Translations under genes and position numbers: made by a program
Notes under the pieces: generated by a model
The model's database searches: none
Seen by the model: only the letters and a program-made list of their open reading frames with translations
Told to the model about the DNA's origin: nothing
DNA from: Chloroflexota bacterium
GTDB lineage: Bacteria > Chloroflexota > Dormibacteria > Dormibacterales > Dormibacteraceae
Assembly: GCA_005879945.1 (NCBI GenBank)
Contig: VBHX01000184.1
Coordinates: forward strand, 1-62,332
Direction: 5' to 3'
Length of the DNA stretch: 62,332 nt
In this document: one piece after another, positions 8,814-18,854 of the stretch
Layout: every line of letters starts with the position of its first letter
Numbering within the stretch: the stretch's first letter is position 1

Positions 8814-9239
8814 TCAGAGCGCCCTCATCCGGTTGTTCTTCGGGTTGTGCTCGACCTCGGCGAGCTCGAGAGCCTCCAGGAGCGGCGGCATGTACATGCC
8901 GAACCGGCCGCGGTAGCCCTTCCTCAACCCGTACCAACCGCCCACAGGGTTCTTCTCCGAACGGCCCCAGGCTTCGACTGTGCCTTCGGCGGCAGGCTTC
9001 TGCTCGTCGGCGCTGCCCAGCGGCACCCAATCGCCTTTCGCCTTCAGCATCTTGTGCAGGTCTTCGATCGCGCGCAGCCGGTAGCGAAGCTCGGTCTTGC
9101 CGACGACGCAAACCAGGGCCGGCGGGCTCGCGGCCTCGTCCTTGTACATCTCGTACTCCGACGATCCGCTCGGCGTGGTCAGCTTCCAGGGCGACTGCTT
9201 GGTGCCTGCACCGGTGACCTTCTTGGCCGTCATCGTCAC
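8814..9239 (-). CDS. Conserved-looking hypothetical protein (about 140 aa)
   Basis: Clean GC3-rich ORF (…GWYGLRKGYRGRFGMYMPPLLEALELAEVEHNPKNNRMRAL). GTG start at 9239 or ATG at 9233. No motif I can name. Confidence 0.6.
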   Translation of the reverse strand: MTMTAKKVTGAGTKQSPWKLTTPSGSSEYEMYKDEAASPPALVCVVGKTELRYRLRAIEDLHKMLKAKGDWVPLGSADEQKPAAEGTVEAWGRSEKNPVGGWYGLRKGYRGRFGMYMPPLLEALELAEVEHNPKNNRMRAL

Positions 9240-9310
9240 CGCTCCCTATCACGCAAAAAATGGTTCGAAGGGGGCCACCCAGCGGTCCCCGAACCGAACG
9301 AAGCCTGAGG

Positions 9311-10753
9311 CTACTCTCCGCCGGTCCGTTGCCCCTCGCCCTGCTGCCGCCCCTCTCCGTCCTTGCTCAACAGCAGGTCGACCAGCGTCGCGACCTTCGG
9401 AGAACCGAGGCCGCTCGCGGCATCCCATCCTGACCTCGCCGAGAAGCCTTCGACCGAGATGCCGCAGACCACGACCGTGCAAGCATTGTTGCCGGCCGTG
9501 ATGTCGTGGAAGGCGCGGCCGTACTCCTCCTCGCTGCCGGCGATGTCGTAGAGCGAGTCGTTGATCGAGCCCAGCCCGTGGCCACCCTTCTGGTCCGCGA
9601 GAGCGATGATCCCCGCCCATTGAGGGGAGCCGGCGCTGGTGCCGCCGAAGATGAAGAACGCAACGCCCGTGGGCCCGCAGTTGACGATGATCCCGCAGCC
9701 GTCACTCCAGGCCGCGAGGACGCCGCCGCGAGCATCGCCGTTGTAGGTGACGTCGGGCACGCCGCGATGCGAGCTGTCTTGCTGCGCGCCGGACTGGTAG
9801 CCGGGACGTTCGTAGATAGTGCTGAAACCGCCGCCGCCCGCGCCGAACTCGTCATTCCAGACCGACTCCGAGTGATACGCGCCAGACGCTGCGTCGGCGG
9901 TCAGGTTGGTGCCGCCGACCGCGGTCACGTTGGGGTCGGAGGCCGGCGTCGAGGCGATCTTGAAGACAGACTTGCCGTCGCATGTCGGCTGCGCGGAACC
10001 CAGGTCGCCCGCGGAAGCGAACAGCGTGATGCCTTTCTGGACCGCCTGAGCAAACACCCGGTGCTGGCGGTTGAGAAGCTCCGGATCCATGCACGTTTCG
10101 CCTTCGCCGAAGCTCTGCGAGATGACGTCGCCAAGACGATGGCGGACGGCGTATTCGGTGACCCTGAGGATGTCCGCGTCCTGGTTGCTCTTGGCGACCA
10201 CGAGGTCGATGTTGGCGCCAGGCGCAATCGCGTGGGCCCACTCGACGTCAAGCGAAATCTCAGCTGACCAGCCGAGCTGGTTGGGATCCGTGCCCACGAA
10301 TGTCGTCAGCCCATCCGGGGCGATGATGCGGAAATGCGGCGGTGCCGGAATGTTCCACACCGCGTCGAAATGCGCGAGGTCGGACTCGATGGTCGGGCTC
10401 TGGTATGCGTCGACGATGACGATCGTATTGCCCGCCCCGGTGATCCCCGCTGCCAGCAGCGGCTGGACGTCGTAGGCGGCACGGATCTGGTCGGGTCCGT
10501 AGCAGAGAAGAGGCCTGCGCCCCGGAACCTGGCAGTTGAACTTGACCTGGCCGCGGGTCTGGAGGTCGCCGGCGTACTGATAGCGGACGTGGCTGCCGAC
10601 GGCGGGCACCATTGCGTGACTCACGACCGCGGCGGACGCCGGGATGGCTCCGCCGATCAGGATCGGAATCACAAGTGCAGCCGCGCTTGCGCGCGCCGCC
10701 CGGACACGCATGGACGACAAAATCGACCCCAAGGCCACTTCCTCCCTCTTCAC
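9311..10753 (-). CDS. Secreted S53 (sedolisin/kumamolisin-family) serine peptidase with pro-domain
   Basis: Signal-like N-terminus, followed by AEISLDVEWAHAIAPGA, ISQSFGEGE, ASAGDLG and the serine motif GGTSAGSPQWAG. Confidence 0.85.
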   Translation of the reverse strand: MKREEVALGSILSSMRVRAARASAAALVIPILIGGAIPASAAVVSHAMVPAVGSHVRYQYAGDLQTRGQVKFNCQVPGRRPLLCYGPDQIRAAYDVQPLLAAGITGAGNTIVIVDAYQSPTIESDLAHFDAVWNIPAPPHFRIIAPDGLTTFVGTDPNQLGWSAEISLDVEWAHAIAPGANIDLVVAKSNQDADILRVTEYAVRHRLGDVISQSFGEGETCMDPELLNRQHRVFAQAVQKGITLFASAGDLGSAQPTCDGKSVFKIASTPASDPNVTAVGGTNLTADAASGAYHSESVWNDEFGAGGGGFSTIYERPGYQSGAQQDSSHRGVPDVTYNGDARGGVLAAWSDGCGIIVNCGPTGVAFFIFGGTSAGSPQWAGIIALADQKGGHGLGSINDSLYDIAGSEEEYGRAFHDITAGNNACTVVVCGISVEGFSARSGWDAASGLGSPKVATLVDLLLSKDGEGRQQGEGQRTGGE

Positions 10754-10969
10754 ATCAACTGCAGCGCGGCCGACCGTGGCGGCGATTCTATGGCGAAGAA
10801 TTCCGGATTGAGCTGCGTAACCCAGGACTTTCCGATCTGTCCCAGACGCGACGCGTCATGAAACGCGGCGGCGCGCGCCCAACACCGCCGCCACGGATTG
10901 AGCGATGATTTTTTCGGACGGGGAACAACGCCACGCCGCCGGCGGCGTGGCCTCATTGGAGGACTGCCG

Positions 10970-12202
10970 ATGACCGCTGAACGGGTCGTCATCGTGGGTG
11001 GCGGCGGGGGCGGCGATGCCGCCGCGTTTGCCTTGCGGAAGAGGGGTTTCGACGGCGAGATCACAATCCTCAGCGCAGACCTCGACCGGCCGTACGACCG
11101 TCCATACCTCTCGAAGGAGTTCCTGCGCGGCGAGGTTGATCTGCAGAAAGTCTTCCTTCACGACGAGGCCGAGTACTCGAAGGAGCGCATCGAGCTGCGG
11201 CTGCAGGAGAGGGTGGTCGGGGGTTCGCTGCGGGACCGCAGGCTCTCGCTGCAGAGCGGAAGGGAGGTCGGCTTCGACACGCTGGTCGTGTCCACGGGCG
11301 GCACGCCCCGCCGCCTGCCCGACGCGCCCGACTCTGACAACGTCCTCACGCTGCGATCTCTGCGCGACAGCCAGGCGGTTCGCGACGCTCTCTCACGCGG
11401 CAAGCGGCTGCTGCTTGTCGGCGCCGGCTTCATCGGCGCTGAGGTGGGTGCATCAGCCCGACAGCTGAACAGAGAAGTCCTGATGGTCGAGTCGGCGCCG
11501 GTGCCGCTGGCCCGCGCCCTCGGCTCGGAGGTGGGGGAGGTTTACGCGTCGATCCACCGGCAGCACGGCGTCGATGTCCGCACCGGCACCACCGTCAAGG
11601 AATGGCACACGTCCGGCGGCCGGGTAGTCGGAGTGACGCTTTCCGACGGCCGGCGCGAAGAGGTGGACGTGGTCTTGATCGCGATCGGCATCGATACAAA
11701 CCTCGCCGTCCCGCAGGTGCTGGGGCTGGAGCTCGAAGGCACCGGGGTGGTTGTGGACGAGGGTTTGCGAGCCGCCGACGGCGTCTATTGCGCCGGCGAC
11801 ATCGCGCTGCACCCGCATCCGGTGCTGGAGCAGAGGATTCGCGTCGAGCACTGGGAGGTGGCCAAGCATCACGGCCGCGGCATCGCCACATCGATCGCCG
11901 CCGGGCACGCGCCCGTGACCAGGCTGCCCTACTTCTGGTCAGACCAGTACGACGTCAGCCTCGAGTATCGCGGCAATGCATCAGGAGAGGATCGGGCGGT
12001 CTGGCGGGGCGACAAAGCCGGCCTCCATTTCTCAGTCTTCTACCTTCGCGACGGCCGCATCCGGGCGGTCCTCTCCATGAACGACAAGGAGCTCAATGAG
12101 ATCGGCGGCAAGCTCATCGAGAGCCGGAGCCATGTCGATGAAAAGTCGCTGGCCGATGCGTCGGTCGACCTTTTGGAGCTGGTGCCTGCGAAGGGCTCCT
12201 GA
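10970..12202 (+). CDS. FAD-dependent pyridine nucleotide-disulfide oxidoreductase (ferredoxin-reductase-like)
   Basis: VVIVGGGGGGDAAA (FAD GxGxxG), LLLVGAGFIGAEV (NAD GxGxxG), YCAGDIA, and a reductase C-terminal domain. ATG at 10970 preceded by GGAGG; the longest ORF starts at 10898. Confidence 0.88.
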   Translation: MTAERVVIVGGGGGGDAAAFALRKRGFDGEITILSADLDRPYDRPYLSKEFLRGEVDLQKVFLHDEAEYSKERIELRLQERVVGGSLRDRRLSLQSGREVGFDTLVVSTGGTPRRLPDAPDSDNVLTLRSLRDSQAVRDALSRGKRLLLVGAGFIGAEVGASARQLNREVLMVESAPVPLARALGSEVGEVYASIHRQHGVDVRTGTTVKEWHTSGGRVVGVTLSDGRREEVDVVLIAIGIDTNLAVPQVLGLELEGTGVVVDEGLRAADGVYCAGDIALHPHPVLEQRIRVEHWEVAKHHGRGIATSIAAGHAPVTRLPYFWSDQYDVSLEYRGNASGEDRAVWRGDKAGLHFSVFYLRDGRIRAVLSMNDKELNEIGGKLIESRSHVDEKSLADASVDLLELVPAKGS

Positions 12203-12205
12203 GTG

Positions 12206-12631
12206 TTACTCCTGAAGGAGCCAGGGGAGCGCTTCCGACATCGGGCGCAGGAGTGTCTCCTGCTGCTCATTGCTGATGAGCCCGTCTGCCAGCAGCGCGA
12301 GCGCCGTCGCGAAAGCCGCGTTCTCGGCTTTGTGGCCCATCTCGCCGTGCTCCGCCCGCCACGAGATCAGCGCAGCCCCGGACTCGGTCATCCCGAAGAG
12401 CGTTCGGCGCACCTCGTCCCAGGCTGCGCCTCGATCGGCCTGCTCGATCGCGTGTAGGGCCGCCTTCTCCGCCTCGCGGAACGTGGGCAGGCCGCGATCG
12501 CCGACGTGTTCTTCCCACCCTTGCGCCACCCGCTCCACTCCGGACGGCGACAGGATCCGGATGTCGTCGATCAGCCGGGCAAGCGTGCGCTTGCGATCCG
12601 GGAAGCCATAACCTTCGGCGTCGACGCTCAT
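12206..12631 (-). CDS. Hypothetical 141-aa protein, last gene of the envelope operon
   Basis: ATG at 12631, 20 nt after the methyltransferase stop. Helical, non-biased composition. No recognisable motif. Confidence 0.5.
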   Translation of the reverse strand: MSVDAEGYGFPDRKRTLARLIDDIRILSPSGVERVAQGWEEHVGDRGLPTFREAEKAALHAIEQADRGAAWDEVRRTLFGMTESGAALISWRAEHGEMGHKAENAAFATALALLADGLISNEQQETLLRPMSEALPWLLQE

Positions 12632-12651
12632 CCGGTCAAGCGTAGCGCCGA

Positions 12652-13224
12652 TCAGGTGTTGGGCTTCAGCCTGGCTTCCAGAAACGAGGCGTGCCGGTGT
12701 CGCCGGCCGGCCAACCAAGCCAGGCGACCGGCGCGTCCTTCGTCCAGGCGAAGGACATCGAAGTTTGCCACGGCCAGGGCTGCTCGCAGCGATGAGACGT
12801 CGATCGGATGGTAGTGCTGGGCCAGGTCGGGAAATCCTGCCGCCGCGTAATACGCGGCAGACCGCCCCTGGGCCCGCGCTTGCGCGTAGCGATCTCTGTA
12901 CATCGGGCTGTCGACCGCCACGACCAGACCGCCGGGACGCAGCACGCGCGCCGCCTCGAGGATCGCTTCGCCCGTGGGGGCGTAGTGAAGAGACGCGGCG
13001 AAGAAGGCCACGTCAGCCGTCGCGTCACGAAGCGGCAGGCGTCGCATGTCTCCACGCACCCGCAGCACCTCGGCCGGCGACGGCGCGTCCACCAGGTCGA
13101 TGGCGATCACGTCGGCGTCGCGAATGTAGCGAGCTGCCCAGCCGCCGCCTGATCCGATGTCGAGCCACACCGGGCGGCTCCGTCCAGTCCTCACGTTCGC
13201 GAGCGCCGCCACCGCCTCGGCCAC
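12652..13224 (-). CDS. Class I SAM-dependent methyltransferase. The same frame stays open upstream to about 13560 and encodes a CxxC...CxxC zinc ribbon with no canonical start.
   Basis: Motif I WLDIGSGGGW, motif post-I VIAIDL, and LRPGGLVVAV. GTG at 13224 is the first ATG/GTG/TTG in the frame. Upstream the in-frame sequence reads ...LYRLLLCPTCGSSPQPGRPTCPGCGRS... Confidence 0.85.
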   Translation of the reverse strand: MAEAVAALANVRTGRSRPVWLDIGSGGGWAARYIRDADVIAIDLVDAPSPAEVLRVRGDMRRLPLRDATADVAFFAASLHYAPTGEAILEAARVLRPGGLVVAVDSPMYRDRYAQARAQGRSAAYYAAAGFPDLAQHYHPIDVSSLRAALAVANFDVLRLDEGRAGRLAWLAGRRHRHASFLEARLKPNT

Positions 13225-13495
13225 CGACTCGAGCCGGCCGCCCCACAGGCGGCGATCACCCCCGTCCGGATCCTCGACTCCATCGGGGCCGACCCAGCCT
13301 TCTTGACTGCGCAGGGCTGTGTACTGCGCGGCGAAGTGATCGGCGGCCGTCCGCGCTACATCGTCGAGAAGGTCGATACCGCCTCTGGCCCCAGCGATCG
13401 AGCGTCCACATCCGGGGCACGTCGGGCGACCTGGCTGCGGAGACGATCCGCACGTCGGGCACAGCAGGAGGCGGTAGAGATCGGCGACCGAACGG

Positions 13496-13933
13496 TCAGC
13501 GGAGATACGCGGGCACCCAGCTGAAGCGAGACACGGCGACCGGTCCAGGGCCCGACACGATCACCTGCGCGTTGACGAGCACGCCCAGGTAGTAGAGCCA
13601 GCGGAACCCGTCGTCTTTGACCTCGAACCCGACGGTGACGGCCAGACCCGTCGCAAGCAGGAGGCCCAGGATGCCGGCCCAGCGGGTGGCCAGGCCGAGA
13701 AGCAGAAGAAACGCAACCACCGTTTCGCCGACGGTTTGGGCGACGGCGAAGAAAAACCAGTTCGGCGCCACCACCTGGATCAGAAGCTCGTGGAGTCCCG
13801 GGATGGGGTTCTGCGGTCCGGCTGACTGCAACAGTCCCTTCACCCAGTCGACGCCCTGCCACTTGGTGCTGGCGAAGTAGAGCCAGTACACCCCGACCGT
13901 GAACCGGAACAGGCTCGGCCAGACGGCCGTCAT
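13496..13933 (-). CDS. DoxX-family integral membrane protein
   Basis: MTAVWPSLFRFTVGVYWLYFASTKW... with 4 hydrophobic spans. ATG at 13933, 14 nt after the radical SAM stop. The longer ORF to 14122 is a shadow of that gene. Confidence 0.75.
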   Translation of the reverse strand: MTAVWPSLFRFTVGVYWLYFASTKWQGVDWVKGLLQSAGPQNPIPGLHELLIQVVAPNWFFFAVAQTVGETVVAFLLLLGLATRWAGILGLLLATGLAVTVGFEVKDDGFRWLYYLGVLVNAQVIVSGPGPVAVSRFSWVPAYLR

Positions 13934-13947
13934 CTTTGCGAGCAAAG

Positions 13948-15285
13948 CTAGCGAAGCGCTCGGAGCAGTGGGTTCGTCGCCAGCTCGAACGCGCGGGCTG
14001 CCGGCCGCAGGTGCATCTTGTTCAGCTTGTGCTGGATGGCGCCCTTGAGGATGGCCGCGCGCAGCTTGTTCTCGGAGAAGTCGGTGTTGAACAGCAGCCG
14101 GTTGTGTCTCACCTTGTGCCACTCGCCGCGCCGGCGCCGCTCGCGGACGCGCTCGTAGAAGCCAGTGCCGGGCAGCGGGTACGCGATCGTGTAGCTGACG
14201 TAGTCCAGCGGCAGGCTGCTCGAGAAGTTGATGCTGCGGATCAATGAGTCTGTCGTCTCGCCAAGGTAACCGACCATGAAGAAACCCGCAGCCTTGATGC
14301 CGGCCGCGACGCAGGCCTCGACCGCGGCGCGCGCCTGGTCCGGCGTGATGCCCTTCTTCATCTCCTTGAGCACGTTTGCGTCACCCGACTCGATCCCAAA
14401 GAAGATCCGCTTGCAGCCGGCGCGATGCATCTGCTCGAAGAGCGCCTGGTCGACGTGCGTGACGCGGCTGAGGCACTCCCACGTCAGCGGCAGGTGCTCC
14501 TTCTCGATCGCCTGCGCCAACTCGAAGGTGCGCTTGTAGTTCAACGTGAACAGGTCGTCCGACATCCATATGTGGTCGTAGCCGAGGTCGGCGATCTCGC
14601 GCATCTCCGCGACCACCGACTCGACCGGCCGCGCGCTGAACAGGTCGCCGAACACCGACTTGTGGCAGAAGTCGCATCTGAACGGACAGCCCCGCGTCGA
14701 CATGAGCGGGGTCGTCGCGTCCTTCCAATGCTTGCGCCAATAGCGGATGTAGTCGGCGTTGGGAATGTCGCCACGGTATGGCAGCGGAAGGTGCGACATG
14801 TCTTTGCTGCGGACGCGCGGCATTGTGCGCACGATCTCGCCGTCCTGTTTGAAGACCAGCCCAGGGATGTCCTCGAAGCGCCGGTCCTCGAGGTGCTCCA
14901 TGACCTGCACGATTGTTTCCTCGCCCTCGCCGACGGCGACGAGGTCGAACTGGTCGACGAATGTGTCGGGCTCGCCTGACGGGTAGGGCCCGCCGACCAC
15001 CGTGAGTGCTTTGTCCCGCACCTGCTGCGCGAGCGAGAGCGCTTCGTCCTGCATCGTGATCATGCAGTAGATCCCGATCACCGACGGCTTCAGGCGCTCG
15101 ATCTCGGCGAGGACTTCGCTGCGCTCGAGAAATGTGTGGTCGATGTGCCGCACGCTGTAACCCGCGCGCCGGAGCGATGCGCTGAGGTACATGAGCCCAA
15201 GCGAGGGCATGATCCAGTGCCGGCCTTGAGCCGGCGCCCGCTGCGGATAAACCAGGACGACGTCGGCTATTTCCAACTCTCTCAC
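13948..15285 (-). CDS. B12-binding-domain radical SAM enzyme (class B)
   Basis: N-terminal cobalamin-binding-like Rossmann region (VVLVYPQ...SLGLMYLSASL...VIGIY...VVGGPYPS) followed by the CxxxCxxC motif RGCPFRCDFCHK. The GTG start overlaps the upstream stop (GTGA). Confidence 0.88.
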   Translation of the reverse strand: MRELEIADVVLVYPQRAPAQGRHWIMPSLGLMYLSASLRRAGYSVRHIDHTFLERSEVLAEIERLKPSVIGIYCMITMQDEALSLAQQVRDKALTVVGGPYPSGEPDTFVDQFDLVAVGEGEETIVQVMEHLEDRRFEDIPGLVFKQDGEIVRTMPRVRSKDMSHLPLPYRGDIPNADYIRYWRKHWKDATTPLMSTRGCPFRCDFCHKSVFGDLFSARPVESVVAEMREIADLGYDHIWMSDDLFTLNYKRTFELAQAIEKEHLPLTWECLSRVTHVDQALFEQMHRAGCKRIFFGIESGDANVLKEMKKGITPDQARAAVEACVAAGIKAAGFFMVGYLGETTDSLIRSINFSSSLPLDYVSYTIAYPLPGTGFYERVRERRRRGEWHKVRHNRLLFNTDFSENKLRAAILKGAIQHKLNKMHLRPAARAFELATNPLLRALR

Positions 15286-18200
15286 CTCGCTCCTTGAACC
15301 TTGATCGTGTAGTCCGTACCGCTGAATGACGAGCCTTCAAAGATGTAGTCGAGCCCGGCCCAATCGAACTCCGGCGGTGACAGCTCGCGTCCTCCGTGGA
15401 GCTGAGCTGCCGGAATGGCGAGCTGCGACCACTGAACACCCAGGCTTCTCGCCTGGAGTCGAGCCCAACTCCCGCCGACGGGAACCCAATTGCCGAACTG
15501 CCCATCGAGCAGGGTCCGGCTCCCGTCCGCGGCGAAGTCATTAAAGGCTGCCGACTGCTCATTGAGGATGCCTACCTCCGTGTATCCCGGCGCAAGCTTC
15601 ACGACCCGGATAGAAACGGAGATGGCGGTCGCATCCACGGTATAGGTCACCTCAATGGCGCCCCGCGATTCGATCGGCACGAAAGCGTAGCCGTGAACCG
15701 CGTCACCTCCGATCCCATCCAACGAGAAGGTCCGCTTCCAGGTTGCGGCGGCCGGGGTCGAGGCGTCGACTGTTGTCGCCGTTCGTGAGTACACCCACCC
15801 GTCCGGGTAGTGGACGATCGGCACACCGAAGCCTAATCCCTCACCGGAGATGTCACGGCCGGCAACCTCTAGTACGACGCCCTTCGCCAGTGGCGCTGTC
15901 TTGCCCAGGCCCGGCGTGCCATCAATGCACGCGGCCACATCGTCGAAGATCGGCTGGTCCAGCTGGGCCCCCAGCCGGTAGGCGAACACCGACTTGCCGC
16001 CCAATACTCGGTACTGCGCCTGATCGCCCAGCTGCACGAAGGGCGCCGTGGCGTGCCCGCTCGCGAGGTCGGGAAACGTTGAGGTCGCGCGGTAATAGCT
16101 GATGCCTTCCAGCACCACTGCGGCGACACCATGCCCCCTCATCCAGGCGATTGCCGCCTCGCGCCCAGCCGGGAGAGCCTGCGAGCCTGTGATCTCGATG
16201 GGCGCCTTCCGACTGTAGAAAGCAACCGCCGGCGAGTCCGTCACGAGCAGTCCGCTGCTGTTTGATGCCACCTTGCCCGCCGCGATCAGGCCGGCATTGC
16301 CCGCTGCGAAGCCCGCGAAGACCGGCAAGAACGCGACCGCCAGGAGAGCGCCCGTGGCCGCCGCGCCGACGCGGGCGATCGCCGGCTGCCGATCGAGAGC
16401 CGCAGCGGCGAGCAACGCGAGCGAAGGAATAGCTGGGTACAGATAGCGGTGGCTTCCGCTGTAGGCTCCCACCGCGACCAGCCCGAATACCGCACCGAGG
16501 TAGACGAGCGCGGGCACGTGAAGGAAGCGCAGTGCAGTCAGTCCGCCTACCGCCCCAGGGTTGCGAATGGCAGACACGAACCCGACCAGCCCGAGCGCGA
16601 ACAACGGCAGTCCTACAAGCCCATAGGTGGTTGCAAGCTCCAGCAGTCGCCCCACCGAACCACCGGGGATGCTGCCGCGAGATGTGGCAGAGAGCACCTC
16701 GGCTGAACCGCGGGCGATCGAGTGGCCGGCGGGCGCATACCCGAGCTGCATGACCACGAGCAGCGCGACTGCCGGCACCGCCCAGGCGGCCGCTGGAATC
16801 GGTCGCGCGGTACGCCTTGTCACGCGAGCGTATACCTGCTCGATGACCACAAACGCGACAGCGGCGCCGATCCAGATCCATGCCTTCGTGGCGGTGATAG
16901 CCGCCAGCGCCGCGAGCAAGGCGGCAAGCCGTAACCGCCCCCGCATGGCAGCAAGCGCCGCGCCGATCAGAAGGGTGGTCAGGAGCGGTTCGACGACTGC
17001 GGAGCCGGAGGTGAAAAGAAAGACTGGGTTGAGGGCGAGAAGGATGACTGCGAGCCGTCCCTGTCGTGCATTCGGCGCGATGCTGTAGACACACGCCAGC
17101 GTCGCCAGGCCGAGCAGGGCTCCCAGCGCCTTCAGGGCGCCGAGCTGCCACAAACCAAACAGCTTTAGGACCGCGGCCGCGAGCACGTGGTAGCCGGGCA
17201 GCCACGTGTCCTCCATACCGAACAACGGGTCGTGAAGATGTCCGGTCGAAGCGAGGTTGGCTGCGATGAGCCAGTGCCCGTACCCATCCTCGAATGGTTC
17301 CGGCATCTGCGCGCCGAGCAAAAGCAGGAGGCCGCAAAGACCCAGCAGGCCCGCGGCGGGCCAAGCCACCTGCAGCCGAGCAAGCGCGCGCCGTCCCAAT
17401 CGACGGAGCGTCATCACCTCAAGGAGGTCGACGGCGCTCAGCGCGGCGACAACGATGAATCCGACTGCGAACAGGCACGAGTAGAGCGTGACCAGCCATT
17501 GGTCCGCAGCAACGGCCGCCGGCACGATGGCCAGTGCCGCCACCCCGAGAACGGCTTCGACCGCGGCTCTAGGGTCACCAACCCGCACGTATTCCTGGTC
17601 GCGCCACTCCTGCCCGCGCTCGACGATGCGGTGCTTTGGGGTGCGCACGAACTCACCACCGCGTCGGGTGGCGCGCACCAGGGCGATCAGTGTGTTCAGC
17701 GACATACCGGCCCCGACGACCTGAAACAGAATCGAATGGGCGCCGGACCACCACGACCGCCCTCGCCGCGTCTGGGCAACCATGAAGCAGATCCAGGGCG
17801 TAATCCCGACCAGGATCGCCAGCATCGATGCGTATGCGAGCGGCCAGGGAAGTCGATAATGGCTGGCGGTCACCAGCAGCAGGGGGTAACACGCCACCTG
17901 GATGAGCATTAGAGGCCCTACCGCGTATGCAAGGAGGTGGATTGCGGCCTCGACCTTGACCACGGCGCGGTTGCGGCTCCAGAGCACCGCACCCAGCAGG
18001 CTGAATGCGCACTGAAAACTGCCGGTCGCCCAGCGTGACTGCTGGCGTCGATATGCATCAATCGACACGGGCAGCTCCTCGGGCACGATCACGTCTTCCA
18101 GGTAGGCGGACCGCCAGCCTCTCAGCTGGGCGCGGTAGCTCAGATCGAGGTCCTCGGTCAGGGTCGCTGCGCTCCAGCCGCCAGCGTCCTCGATTGCCGC

Positions 18201-18854
18201 TCTGCGCCACACGCCGGCGGTGCCGGTGAAGTTGGTGAAGTAGCCGCGCGATGAACGAACTGCCTGTTCGACCAGGAAGTGGAAGTCGACCACGAGCGCC
18301 TGCAGGCGGGTGAACCACGAGTAGCCTTCGTCGAGGTGTCCCCAGCGCGCTTGCGCAAAGGCGACCTGGGGGTTCTCGAAAGCGCCGATCATGCGGCGCA
18401 GGAAGTCGCGAGGTGGGACGAAGTCGGCGTCGAAGATGGCAATGAACGGTGCCTTGGTCAGGCTTAACCCGTGTGCGAGAGCACCCGCCTTGTACCCCTG
18501 GCGAGTCCCGCGCATGACGTTGGACACCCTGACCCCCTGATGCCGCCAACGCGCCACGCGCCGGCTCACGATGGCGGAGGTCTCGTCATCAGAATCGTCG
18601 AGGACCTGCACCTCGAACCGGTCACGGGGCCAGTCCATCGCGCATACCGCGTCGATCACACGTTCCGCGACGTAGCGCTCGTTATAGATCGGGAGTTGGA
18701 CGCAGACGTTGGGCTCGCTCCCGGCGGCGACGAATGGGTGATGTCGCGGTTTCAGGCGGGTCGCCCGCCAGGTCAGATAGATGAGGTTCAAGCCGTAGCC
18801 GAACAGCGCGAGGCTCGTGACGGCGACGATCCCAAGCGTGATCGTGGTGATCAC
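15282..18854 (-). CDS. 1190-aa fusion of a processive family-2 glycosyltransferase (CslA / glucosyl-diacylglycerol-synthase type), a polytopic GT-C-like membrane domain and a roughly 330-aa C-terminal non-membrane domain
   Basis: GT2 motifs appear in order: LPIYNERYV, VLDDSDDET, FDADF, TEDLDLSYRAQLRGW, QQSRWATG, FVRTPKH. About 10 further hydrophobic spans follow, starting at PEPFEDGYGHW, and then a soluble tail. I chose the GTG at 18854, which forms a GTGA overlap with the upstream stop. The ORF-track extension to 19211 is Arg-rich and overlaps the upstream gene. Confidence 0.85.
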   Translation of the reverse strand: MITTITLGIVAVTSLALFGYGLNLIYLTWRATRLKPRHHPFVAAGSEPNVCVQLPIYNERYVAERVIDAVCAMDWPRDRFEVQVLDDSDDETSAIVSRRVARWRHQGVRVSNVMRGTRQGYKAGALAHGLSLTKAPFIAIFDADFVPPRDFLRRMIGAFENPQVAFAQARWGHLDEGYSWFTRLQALVVDFHFLVEQAVRSSRGYFTNFTGTAGVWRRAAIEDAGGWSAATLTEDLDLSYRAQLRGWRSAYLEDVIVPEELPVSIDAYRRQQSRWATGSFQCAFSLLGAVLWSRNRAVVKVEAAIHLLAYAVGPLMLIQVACYPLLLVTASHYRLPWPLAYASMLAILVGITPWICFMVAQTRRGRSWWSGAHSILFQVVGAGMSLNTLIALVRATRRGGEFVRTPKHRIVERGQEWRDQEYVRVGDPRAAVEAVLGVAALAIVPAAVAADQWLVTLYSCLFAVGFIVVAALSAVDLLEVMTLRRLGRRALARLQVAWPAAGLLGLCGLLLLLGAQMPEPFEDGYGHWLIAANLASTGHLHDPLFGMEDTWLPGYHVLAAAVLKLFGLWQLGALKALGALLGLATLACVYSIAPNARQGRLAVILLALNPVFLFTSGSAVVEPLLTTLLIGAALAAMRGRLRLAALLAALAAITATKAWIWIGAAVAFVVIEQVYARVTRRTARPIPAAAWAVPAVALLVVMQLGYAPAGHSIARGSAEVLSATSRGSIPGGSVGRLLELATTYGLVGLPLFALGLVGFVSAIRNPGAVGGLTALRFLHVPALVYLGAVFGLVAVGAYSGSHRYLYPAIPSLALLAAAALDRQPAIARVGAAATGALLAVAFLPVFAGFAAGNAGLIAAGKVASNSSGLLVTDSPAVAFYSRKAPIEITGSQALPAGREAAIAWMRGHGVAAVVLEGISYYRATSTFPDLASGHATAPFVQLGDQAQYRVLGGKSVFAYRLGAQLDQPIFDDVAACIDGTPGLGKTAPLAKGVVLEVAGRDISGEGLGFGVPIVHYPDGWVYSRTATTVDASTPAAATWKRTFSLDGIGGDAVHGYAFVPIESRGAIEVTYTVDATAISVSIRVVKLAPGYTEVGILNEQSAAFNDFAADGSRTLLDGQFGNWVPVGGSWARLQARSLGVQWSQLAIPAAQLHGGRELSPPEFDWAGLDYIFEGSSFSGTDYTIKVQGAR

